Assembly: GCA_965649825.1 (NCBI GenBank)
Contig: OZ287702.1
Location: 858,786-922,785, forward strand
Source: Penicillus capitatus
Taxonomy: Eukaryota; Plantae; Chlorophyta
Direction: 5' to 3'
DNA length: 64,000 nucleotides
Below, piece after piece: positions 9,091 through 20,967 of the stretch. The position numbers and the translations under genes were made by a program. Each line of letters opens with the position of its first letter. The stretch's first letter is position 1. The notes below the pieces were generated by a model. It was not told the DNA's origin and made no database searches. It saw nothing but the letters and a program-made list of their open reading frames with translations.

Positions 9091-12000
9091 TCATCTCAAA
9101 ACGCTCCCTAACTCATGGAGCTGAACGTCTCTTTCCATCTCTGACCTGTGCTTTTCTGTATGTTTAGGACAAATAATCAGCTTTTTGGATAAATGAACGC
9201 AGTGATCAGGACGACACCTGAGCCAAGCATTGCCTTCAGTGCGCTAAGGGGAAGGTAGTTACCTGGAATGGTAAGCCGTAGGGCATCGAATACAGGTGAC
9301 GCTATATACGTTGGCTCCTGACATACCACAAGCGTGACAATAATGCAATGGACACCGGAATTTGAGGCAGGACAGATCTCCCGTCACTCTTTCGACCGGC
9401 ATCCAGTTTCCTTGTAGGACATTCGTTTGGGGTAATTTCATGACGCATGGGATATGGTAAAAACGTCCGCAGATTCCCAGGCTGCATTTTACGACGAGTC
9501 CCAGGTGATTGGAACCTTGTTTGCATTGATAGCAACGATGGTTACCAGTGGCACAGTCTTTGCACTTTCCGTTTATGGGCTGAACGCACTTGAAATGAAA
9601 AGAACGACGACAGGGCCCCTCACAAAGCCACAAACTTTCCGACATTTCCCCTAGAAAACCAGCCACATTAAACACCGTCCCTTGTATAGGATGGACAGCG
9701 ATGCGATGAATTTACCTTTGGGTGACAGCTCCGATCTTTTGCCAGGTTTTTCGCAGACAAAACAGATATCCGAAGAGGTTAATTTGTACGTGCGTTTTGA
9801 AGGATACTTGCTCGTTGATGATCCACGTCTGACAGATGACGATGGCTTCTTCGGTCCACAGATAAAAGTGAAGTCCATCGATTCTATTTCTTTGGCCAGT
9901 TGCTGGTGCAAATCGTCCAACATACAGATGAACGCGTTTGTGTCCTGACTTGCTGATTTTGCATTCCATTCTGGCACGGAGTGCATCATCTCTTTCACCG
10001 TGAGATCGATCAAACCGAGGACAAACTTCTTCGGATCGCTGAGCATCCCGTCTGACAGCTCGCCGAAAACCGTACGCGTGACGATCTCCTTCTCCCTGTT
10101 TACGAATGGCTCATAGAAGATGCCATTCCTTCACGTGCTCACTCTTTTTGTTCTGCGGGAGCGTCGTCGTCTTTTTTGGCAGGAAGGATCGCGCCGGATG
10201 GGGCAGAATCGAGTGCTGAAGCCACGATGGTCATCTGCGGCGCGCATTCCTTATCCTCTGTCTTTGATGTGCCCTTCGAAGTGAGGGGTGCTTCGTCCAA
10301 CAAAGAAATCACACATACTGTGTCTGTCGAAGCAAGAGAGGACGTCTTTTCATCCTGCAGCACAGCGTCTGACTATTCTAAGAGTGCCTGTTCTCAGCCA
10401 TACGGATATCTTGGCAGCATCGACAGGCATTGTGGCACTGTGTTCATCTGCAACGTTGGTTTGATGTCCCAATTCTGTCTTCATCCCAGAAGAAAGCTCC
10501 AGCTCCTCTTTGCATAGAGATTGGATCCACGATGGTCCAAGATTCTTGAGATTGTCCCAAACGGTCTGAACAAAATGATCCTCCTTTCTCCCCATGACCG
10601 TCTCCAAAATCTACAGACAGTAAAAGATGTCAGCCGCCAGCTGAGCAATGCCTTGTCCCTAAGGAAGGACCTGATTTGCTGCCACCATGAGAGATTCGTG
10701 CGTCAAGAGCGGTTTGTCTTCTTCTAGACATCGATCTCTTTTGGCTCTATGACTGCCGCCTCCAGGCGTTTCTGGCACATCCTTTCTCTTTCTCTTTGTT
10801 GACGAGACATTCCTTTCTATCTTTTTCAGAAGATTCTCCATCACAGATTTCACTTGACCAGCTTCTTGTTGCTGGAGTTTCTTCTCTTTTTGCATTTGCT
10901 TCTCGAATCCTTCCACTGTTTTGATCAACATGTCCATCACCTAACGTGCCATACGTACAGGAGGATGCGCAGAGGACTGGCCAACCTGTCGAGCAACTCT
11001 CCCTTCGATCTTACGAAGCTTCTTTTCGGTCATCTCTTCTTGATTCAAATTCTTCGTCACGCCCTTCACGAGAGCTTCAAGCACATTTCTCACATCCGCA
11101 TACACCTGCGCTTCCATTTTCATGAACTGTCTTGAGGCATCGCTGGATCCTCTGACATGACATCTCTTAAGTATGCGCCCGTCAAACGAAGGGTGTTTGA
11201 TCCACTTGATCTTTGAACGGTTACGGTATGAATGCCTGGAGACTGTGTTGTCTGCATCGTCAAAATGAAAGTCGTCCAACCACGAGATCGTTTCATCGAG
11301 ATGGTATCTCTTGGCATCCGACAAGGCCTCTGCATTGATTTTGCGCATGATGAGTCCAGCACTTTTCCCAGTCATGTCACAGGGACGCACACAATGTTTA
11401 ATGGCATTTGCCGCATAGCTCTTGTCGTGCATGATGGTGATGCAGCCTCGCGGCATCGGCACATAGAAAGCGCCATTAGTAAAGCCATAGAGCTGCGTTC
11501 CAAACGACAATCTCGAATCGGAGAAGATCCTGAAGCAATGGGCCTCAGAAAATAGACAGATTCCGATAGGAAGTATATGCCTCATAGAGTAGATGGGTTG
11601 ACAGAATCTCTGTGCATCGTCAAAGTGACTTTGGATGCCTTCCGATCCGTCATGGTACATATTGAGTGCCCACGAATTAATAAACCCTTGTGGAACAATA
11701 CCACAATCGACTAACGGATTTTCGACCAGTTCCTACAAGACCTCCTCGAAACCAGACACAACTGAGCCGACGGCAAACAACCTTCATCCAAACGGGATGC
11801 GACGGTACATCGACCCGTACACCGTGTGCCACACTTGCATCTCTTTCGGCCAATTGCTCTTTCGTCCACAAGTAACGCGCCCCGAAGAAGTACTTGGTAC
11901 GTTTCAGGGCTCCATTCTTTCCAATCGTAGGGTGGTAACATTCTGGTGGATACATTCCTTTCTGCGAATTCTCATGCACGTCATCGGCTCGGGCTTCGAT

Positions 12001-15000
12001 TTGACTGAGTTCAGAGTGACTGAAAAGTGCAGAGTACGTCGTCACCCCCACGGGAACGGCACCATCTGGTGGTTCAGATGGAAATCCAGGAACGGTTTTC
12101 CATTCTTTACCGTTCGAGACATTCCTTCGACACATCGCAGAGGCATAAACATCCAGCTGCTGCGTCGAACATTTTCCACCGCCCTCATTTCTCTGCGCGT
12201 CAACACACACTCAGCCGATGCCCAACAGGACACGACTGACATACGAATGTTCCATAGTCTTGTGGTATATAGTCTGGTGGAAAAAAGAAGTCCGTTCTAA
12301 TGAATTCTCTGTCGCCCATGCACATCTGTCAACCAGATTCTCAACGAAAGATGATCGCGACGATGATCCTTACTTTGATTTTGACTTCAATAAGATCGTA
12401 TTTGAAACAGTCACGTGTATTGATTAGATAAAAAGGCCAGGGGACATCGAGTAGATGTGACTTCTGGATGCCGGATATGGCAGCCGATGCTTTCACTGTG
12501 CTGGCTGAGAAGCAATCCGAATCTGCCGGCAGCGGTGGAGCGTCCTCCAGCACCGTACACAACGTATCGCTCTCCATGGCTCCTTCTCCTTCTCCTTCTA
12601 GGGCATCTCTCTTGCAGGTGATCTCAGTAAATGACGAGGTGCCTTGGGAAAGAGAATCATCTTTGGAAGAGCTGCCGCTATCTCTATCGTGTGGCACTGC
12701 CGGCATCGTCTTCTTCCTTCGACTGAATACTCTGTTCTCCAAATCTTCTTTCTTGTCATCCACGACAGCAATGACCTCGTGACAGTAATCGATCAACCTG
12801 GTTGTATTCCATTGCCGAATGTGACCATGAAGCCATTCTTCGACTCCTAACACCACAGAATTCAACGATGTCTGCTGCAGTCTGCACAGACATGTCATTC
12901 CTAAATCCATCAAGGCTATGGCTATGTCTGCACGTACTTATCAAGAGACTTCCACAGATTCTCTTCAACAAACATCTCCAATCTGCAGCTAAGGGTGTGG
13001 ATTTTGATGTTTGCAGGCGTTGCATTGCTGTTGCACGTAGACACTCTTCTTTTCAGTGTTCGCTGCATAAAAGCAGTCGTCGCCTTGTTTGGTCTTTCAA
13101 ACGCTTTTCCATCTCTGATGTTAAAACAAGAAGAATTTAATTTTTCTCCCACTCCTGTGGCTAAGGTAGATTTCTGTAGATGAGATGCGGCAACATCTCC
13201 TTTCCCTGCTGCCGCATCGATGATCTGCGTCGCCGTGTTCTGGACCGAAGCGAACCAGTCAGAGAGAGAACCGGTTGAGATGACTGGTGTCTCCTCTTGT
13301 CCTCCAGGACCATGCCCCGTCATAACAGAAACAGATCGAACAATATGGGATCCACTTCGCACTGCATGGCTGCGTGATGGAGACGATGCGGACATGGTCT
13401 TCTGCAGCGATCTCTTTGTAACTAATGACGATGTATCCTTCTCGACCATACTGTCAAAATCCGTCAATGATTTCTGTCCAGCGATCAGCGGCAGAACGTG
13501 GGCATCTTCGAGAGAACGGGCGGCATTGCGCAGTGCCCAGGTTCCTCCGATGCCTTTGCGCACCACGATGACCACTTGGACATTGCTCTCGGCAAGGCCA
13601 CATCTGCAACAGCAGGGATCGAGTGTCAACGACATTGGTATGCCATGAACAAGAGCACAGACAGTTTTCCTCTCTTCATTTCTGCACAGGCCTTCAGCGT
13701 TCCGGTGTCTTTGTCCAGCCGATAATGACAACAAAGAAAGACATGATCTCCAATCCACTCATCTACGCTCTTCAAACCTACGGCATGGATTCAGAAGAGC
13801 ATACGGTTTGGATGCTGGAAGAAGACCGTTGATGACTTGGCATAGAGCACCAAGGGTGAATTTCGCGATCGTCTGGCGTTCAGCTTGGTTGAGAAGGTAG
13901 CTCTTGATCAAGAAATCATCTCGATCTGGCATGCGCACCAGCAACACCTCATCCGAAATGATGGTCTGAACCATTTGAGCGATCTGTGGAGATTGTATCC
14001 TCTTTGAACTTGGAGGCTGGATCACAATCGGCGGCAGAGCCGTGTACGTATCCGTCACATGCAACTGATGACTTTCGCTTTGTTTCACAAACGAAACGCC
14101 ACTGGTAAAGGACTCCAATTGCACGTGTGCTGCGCTTGAATCTGTCAGAAATGTCTCAAGAGAGGAAACCACATCGAGCAATGTTCCGTGAAGAAGAGTC
14201 AAACGAGCAAGCTCCCAGAAAAGTCTCTGGTGCATGACAGGTTCTTGAGAGATGCATCGATCCAAACGCGCGACCCATAGTCCCATCTCTTGATAGAAAC
14301 GATCCCAATCATTTTTCTCCTTCTGAAAGAAGACACTTGTCAGGAGCGATCGAGCCAAGAGTGAGAGAGGACTAGAGTTGGGTTCTGTGCCCTTGTCCTC
14401 GCAGGCGTCTTGCGTTTCATCACACGCTGCGGGTGCGGATCGGGCGATCGATTCTGCACAATAGATGTGAGTTCTGGGTGCACATGCATCAGTAATTGGA
14501 TGTAAGCATCCAGTGCCTTGTCCTGTCCCTCGCCCAGTTTCTCTCTGAGCCGATCCTTAAAGCTTTCCAACCATAATGTGATCTCCTGTATCACTGTCCA
14601 TGTGTCGGCATTGCTGGAGGAAAGAGATGGTGTAATGGGAGCAAGTTTCGCGAATATGAGGTCCGGATTGGCCACGTCTGACAACACGTTTGCTGTTCGT
14701 TCGGGATCAAGTATGTAGCTACAGGGTAGCTTCCTTTTTGCTAAGAGCTCATCGAGCAGAACGTTCATGAGAGAGCCCGATTGAGACCGCGTTCGACGGG
14801 GCGAAGCTGTTCTCTTTGTCGTCGGGATAACTTCCGCGACGTCGCTTCCTTCTGCCTTCCTTACGGCGCGTCTCTGACCAGCGTCGTAAATTATCGCGCG
14901 CAAACTGCGTAGTCGATGCGGTTCTGTCTTGTCAAGGTCGTCCGTCGTGGTATCGTGCTTCTGGACGCCGCCCGCTGTCCTCGACGCTGCTACAAGGTTC

Positions 15001-15266
15001 TTCAGCATTCCGGTCGTCTGGTCATTCATACCTAAACAGAAATGCAGCAGGTCGAAAATATTGTCGACGTGGGTCGAGGTGGCGTTGACAACGCCGACGT
15101 TCTCGGTAGGTGCACCGTCGCGTGTTTGGCCATGCCGCCGAGCGATCTCCGCATTGTGCCTTAGCGCTCGCCATATTGGCGCTGGAGTGAGAGTAACCGT
15201 GGGCGACGGCGCGACAGCAGATTCCTGTTCGTTCGCAAGATCTTGAAGTCGCATTGGACGACGCAT
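9091..15266 (-). CDS. Large multi-exon protein: possible BAH-like region, ALKBH5-type 2OG-Fe(II) dioxygenase and C-terminal NSD-type PHD fingers
   Basis: ALKBH5 motifs RTKYFFG, SHFDD (HxD) and YAANAIKHCVRPCD..GLIMRK at ~11330-11900. PHD array CFVCEK..LCEGPCRRSFHFKC..CYQC..KCSLGICGRFYHIPC..CPLHYCHAC..CIRCPTAYH..ICPKH at ~9130-9790. In-frame GT-AG junctions were traced by eye from ~12900 to 9091; linkage of 12900-15266 is less certain. Confidence 0.75.
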
Positions 15267-17115
15267 CGGGATAACGAACACCGTAACGCAACGGAAGAAA
15301 AGGACAGGAGTGTTCACCGTTCGTTACTTGAGCAGAAAGACGACAGTTTCTCCGACCCTCATGCAGAGCGGCGTTCTTCGACTCGTTTCGCGGTGCGCAA
15401 CAAACACGTCGTGCGAGAAGGATGGTTCAAATTCAAGTGCTGTAGGTTTTGTCATCTATTGTCGCCATCATTGCGAATCTAAAGAGCCGAGCCGTCGACG
15501 GGCATGAATGGTGGCGGCGGTGTGCATCTCACATTTTAATGCACATCCTGCTGTCAGAAGGGACACATGCACCCTTTAGGTACCAGACCGTCGCGCATTC
15601 TGCCAGAAAACGGCTGCGCGCCATGAACCATTGAGACGTTCATGGGGCGGATTGTACGATTGGCTCACAGTGGCACTGCTTGCCCATCTGTCACGTTCGG
15701 ATACCTGAGACACGCGAAGCGAGCGAGATACGAGGCTCTTTGTATTATGCGATGGCCTTCAACGACGTCACCAAATACGTCCTTCAATTGATTTCCACGT
15801 TGGTTCTGGAAAGACGGAGGGGCGGAGAGCGAGATCTCAAAGCGACGAAAACGTCTTCAGTGAGTGACGGAGAGTGAGAAACGCATATGTCCTTCTGCTG
15901 CGCATAGAGGGGATCAGAGATCTACAAAGCAAAGATCTCACATTCCAGCGTGATGCATAGAATCGAAGGGTTCAATCTACATGCATCGATGCAAAAGCAC
16001 TGTCGGGGAGATCTCTCCGTTTTATCCTTTTCCATCCGAAAACAGACTATATGCATGTTCGTGAGATGGCGTCTTCGTCTTCGTCCTTGTCGTCGTGAGA
16101 ACGCACAGCGATGATGCGTCGATCAGATTTCGCCAGATGTTATCGTCGCCGCAGATGTCGGTCGTCATTTGTATTGCGTACATCCATCCAGTAAATGCTA
16201 TCCAAATGGGTGAGAGATGTCAACGAGGCGTCTGAGATACAGACGAACATCTCTACAGCCTGATCGATCGGTCACGCATTTGACACCTCCACCAGAGAAA
16301 GACTTCTCGCCGATGCAGATGCCTATAAAAGAAGCAATCGATGCGATGTCTCTCTCAGAGTAAAGATCCAGGATGCGGGTATGTACATGGAGCGTCTATT
16401 AAGCGTCGCGGGATCGAGCAGTGATCGACCCGGGCAGAAGCTGACGCGGGATCCAATTGAATGTGCTCAGCCATTCGCGCACTCATAGCAAAGCAGATTG
16501 GTTCATTCATCTTCGACCATCTCGTCATCCAGAACGTGCCTGGACGTCGATCAAAGTCGTTCAACCGTCGACGCAGCATGCAACGCGCCTTTTTGCGGAG
16601 ACCATCTCGTCGCTCACAGATGCATATTCTGCACCTCCGTTTCGCGCTTGGCCCTTTGCAACAGCGTCCAAAACGCAATCTCCGAGGAGAACGGTGTGCC
16701 TAGGCAGCAATGCATTTCACGTCATCCACCGGCATCGTTCAGTACTTGTCCATCAAGAGCCCAGAAACAGAAATGCATCGTCAGGCAGCTATCACTTACC
16801 GCAGGCGTTGCATCGTTCACTGCTGCAGTAACGTCGACTCGGATGCCGTTGTGTTCCATGTCATGCACTCACTGCACGACTCGCCGAGTCGTCGCATAAT
16901 GAAAATGGCGGTTCATTATCGCGCAATCGTATTCGTCCACTGACGCCGACAGCCTTTTGCTGCTCGTTGACCCTTCTGTCTTCTCTCGGATCTTCTTTGC
17001 GCCCACTTTCCCTCAGGTGCATTTCATTGCGTTCTCCGTCTTCACATCACGTCGACGCGTCATTTGGAGTCCGTCTCTGCGGCCTGTGGGCTGTCGACCT
17101 CCGACAGACAATACC

Positions 17116-17612
17116 ATGCAGACGGGCGACGAGATTCCGAATGCCGCTGGACATAACGAGGCTCGTAGTGGTCCTGTCACTCGGCGACAACGAAATCTTG
17201 TCAACGGCACGCCTCCGAGCTTCGAAAAATCGCAGCAACAGCAACGCAGAAATACAGTAAGACCGTCGTATCGATGTATATGCACCTGGGGTGAGAAGTG
17301 CCTGTTAGGGTTCCGTCATCGACGTCTCCAAATTGAAGGTAGCGACGCAACGACGTCTTTGCTGCCGCGAGAGAGATGCTCTCTGTATGCAGACAATGTC
17401 GCTGCGGAAATACGTTCGTCTCTACGATTTGCGTGAAGTCCAACCGTACAGCTCTAAATTCGATCTATGCAGAATTGTGGCGGAACACTTGGATTCCATG
17501 GTTAGCAGACGTTTCTAACACAGATCTCACTCTTTTGGAATGTTAGATTATTGACGAAGATCAAGTGCTCTCGAATTTGATCGAGAGACTCCGCAATGAC
17601 AATCCCTTTTAG
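17116..17612 (+). CDS. Small SAP30-like Sin3-binding domain protein (HDAC complex subunit)
   Basis: Spliced peptide VIDVSKLKTMSLRKYVRLYDL..KFDLCRIVAEHLDSM..DEDQVLSNLIERL matches the SAP30 Sin3-binding pattern; about three introns. Confidence 0.72.
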
Positions 17613-17960
17613 ACCCCATCCATCCGTCTGGTCGTCATCTTTAGTCATCATCCGTTACAAAACAGTGTAGACTGCTTTTTCCGCTTTGAACTGCTTTTCT
17701 GTCTGACGTCGCTGTGTTGCCATCAGTTTGCCTTGCCGTCAGACATTGTTGAGCTATTAAACAACAACATAGTAGAGAAACAGATGGATCCATGTGTAAA
17801 CAAAGCGTCTGCAACGTTGATGTTGTCTCGTCATCATCAATGCCGACAATCGATCTCGAAAGAGAACCACCACGCGATGCGGTCGTGAATCAAGAGCGAG
17901 AAAGTAAGGATGCACTTAGCAATGCTGTCTAAACGAAATAGATACGTCATGCATCGACAC

Positions 17961-20803
17961 TTAAGAAAAAGCACTGTCTCCAAATAGATTGGATGTTGTG
18001 TCCTTATTGGCCACGACAGCAGATGATGAAGAATCTTGAGTTCCGGGGAAAGCTGTTGCAAAACCAGAAAAATCTGCTTCGAAGCTGGCGTTCTGCGTCG
18101 ATTCTGTCTGCTGCGACGGAAAGACGGGATTGTCATCGAAGGCAGCGAAAGAAGAGGACACTGGATCGGGCGGCGGCGCTTCCTTTGGGACAAGAGGCGG
18201 CGGCGCAGGTTCATCAAAACTCACAGCAAAGTCAACGATGGGTGCTTTGGAAGGCGTCGTTGATGTGACAGCAGGCGGACTGGAAATGTCGGTCACAGGA
18301 AAGGCGCCGAAGTCTGCAAAATCCGCCGCCGGAGCTTGCGTGGCCGTCGCTGTGACCTGGAACGGATCTTCTGTAAAACCCATTGCTCCTGGGGCAGGCG
18401 CTCCTGTGTTAGTCAACGGTGTCTTCGTGGTTTCATTCATCTCTGCAACATGCCGTCCGCGTTTAGCATTTTTTGGTTTGATGGGACGGATAGATAGGTC
18501 TTACTTATGTTGTTGACAGCTTCCTGTATGGCTTTTTCGAATTCGGCATCCATGTCGTCTTTAACGTCAGGGAAGGCATCCACCAACACGAATCCATCCT
18601 CTTGCCAGCTGGATACATCGATACCGGCTCCGATCAAATCATCCGACCACGTAACGTCGTTTCCGTACAGGCTCAATCGTGCCTCGACCGGAATCTCCAC
18701 CCCAGCCTTGCATGCATGAGAGTGCAAATTAGAGTAGACACGTGCGGATTCCCGAAGGAGTTTTTGCGTCATTTCCGTATCGTTGGATTCCTTGGTGGAC
18801 TCCACCTGAGAACGTGGAGTCATTAGACCTGCCGTTTGCTGAGACATGTCGCACCTGAGACATAATCTTGTCGATGTCGGCTGAGGCAGAATGCACTTCG
18901 GCCTCTGCAGCCGCACACGCCATTTGCAGATCGCCCTGTCGCCGCTGAAGGAGCTCCTGTTGATGTTTGAAGCTCTCCAGCTGGATGGCAGTACAGATGG
19001 ACTGTTACAGAAGACGATGTTTGTGATGGGCGCCTACTTCGGCGATGAGTTTGTTGCGTCGGGCTTCTGTGGCGGCCACGGAGTCTTGCAGTCCTTGGAT
19101 CTGCATTTCCACCTGGTGTATCATCTCTGGTTGGACACGCTCCTGTGCTGTCAGCTGCTGCTCAGCTTCCGCCAGTTTTGCCTCCGCTTCTGCTTTTCGC
19201 CTCTCTGCCTCTTGCAACATGGTTGCGTGATTTCCGGCTTCGCGTGCCGCCTCTTCTGCCCCGTATCGAATCTGTTCGTATCTTTTTTCGGCTTCCACAG
19301 CAAGATCCTGTTCTCTTTTCAGCTTCTCTTGCACTTCCATGATGGCAACATCCATTCGGCTCTTGAACAACATCAACTCCTGCAGTGCTTTCTCATAGAA
19401 TTCTCTCTTGTTCCTGGCCATTTCTGCACTCTGATCTATTGCATACAGTTGCTGGTCTTTTTTCTGTGCTTCCATCTTTTCCGCCATCAATCGATCCCTG
19501 TTCAACAACAGACGGCTCGTGATGGCAATGCGAGAAATGAGACACTCTGCCTTTGAATAGGATCCAGCGTAGAGACCATGCCTTCATTGGCAACAGGACC
19601 TCTCCAACCCGGATAACCCGCAGGCTCAGGAGCCTGATAGACGGCTCGATTTGGAAGGGATGGAATGCCACCTTGGCCATAGCCTTGTTGCTGGACGCTG
19701 CCATGTCCACTGCTTTGCGCAATGGTCGGAAACACACCAGCTGGCAGCGCTGGCGGAAGCGGAATACCCTAGAAGACCATTTGTGAGATGACTGAGTGAA
19801 AGGCTGACTGTTTATCGTCACTTGTTTCGTTGTCTCAATGAGATAGAGACATTTGACGAACTGATCTCGATTGATGTGTCCAGCGTGGCCGGCCGCCAGT
19901 TGCCATATCTGTTTCAAGGTGTTCCTATCCACACCTCGACTTGAAAACAGTTCAATGCATTGCTGCCCCTATCATCATTCCCACACACACTACTGTTGGC
20001 AGTAACATGATATCCTTCTTACTTGCACCAGACCATCGTAGTCTGTATCGAGAGATTGAAACATCTGTCCGTAACGCGTTGCTTCTTCTATCGGTAGAGG
20101 AGGGTATTTCACATCTGTCCGACCTCCAGTATATTGATACGGCACTTGGCCTCCTCCTGTGACTTGTACGTTCGGAGTGTTGCCCGATAGAGACCCTCCT
20201 GTATACTGCATAGGGGGTGGCTGGCCGTGCCCACCCGTGTACTGCATAGTAGGCGGCTGGCCGTGCCCACCCGTGTACTGCATAGTAGGCGGCTGGCCGT
20301 GCCCACCCGTGTACTGCATAGTAGGCGGCTGGCCATGTCCACCCGTGTACTGCATGGCAGGGGCTGCGGACGGTGTCCACGTTTCGGGCGTCAGTCCAGA
20401 CAATTTAGGCAGCGGAGGCGGTGGTGCTGTACCCATCAGCAGCTGTTGAGCTTGCATTGGCGTGAAAGCTCCTCCGGACAACTAATCCCACCAACAACAC
20501 ATCCCGTCACATCACTCAATCCTTCTGTATGGAGTCACACCTGAGCAAGCGACACAAGACGTATCGCTCCATAGAATTGCTGCTTGTTCATGAAAGCCTG
20601 TGTCCCGGCCGTTTTGCCCCAAATCTGCCACACCAATCAACGCCATTCTGAAGTATGGCATTGCGTGTCACTTCTTTGAGGGTTTCGCGTGGAAGACCCG
20701 AACGTTGAAAGAAAGTTATCGCTTCCGTTCCCTCGATGCGGCCGTCGCGATTAGCGTCGGCGATTGCGAACCACCGTTCCAATGTATCAGCCTCCCCCGC
20801 CAT
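17961..20803 (-). CDS. EH-domain endocytic scaffold (Eps15/Pan1-like): EH domains, coiled coil, low-complexity tail
   Basis: WFAIADANRDGRIEGTEAITFFQRSGLPRETL, MFQSLDTDYDGLV, RNTLKQIWQLA..INRDQFVKCLYLI, long coiled coil and F-rich acidic tail (EDPF, FADF). Confidence 0.85.
20198..20355 (-). repeat. Coding 36-bp tandem repeat (MQYTGGHGQPPT x ~4.4) inside the EH protein
   Basis: Directly visible repeat atgcagtacacgggtgggcacggccagccgcctact on the minus strand. Confidence 0.93.
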
Positions 20804-20967
20804 CGTAAACAGTTACTGTATTGATTCGTAAAGTATTGAGTACAGGATATCCGTCTTCGAGGTAACGTGAACGTCGTCGACGGACAATCGATCACTCGGT
20901 CGCGATTCGATGACGTCAGGAATGGAATCATCATTTTGAAACCGCTGGCGGGAACATCGACGCGACA

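Noticed and set aside
18891-19556. Long antisense ORFs (e.g. 18891..19556+, 11635..12300+, 3175..3885+, 31547..32065-)
   Set aside because: Shadows of coiled-coil or low-complexity coding on the opposite strand, with no protein-like motifs.
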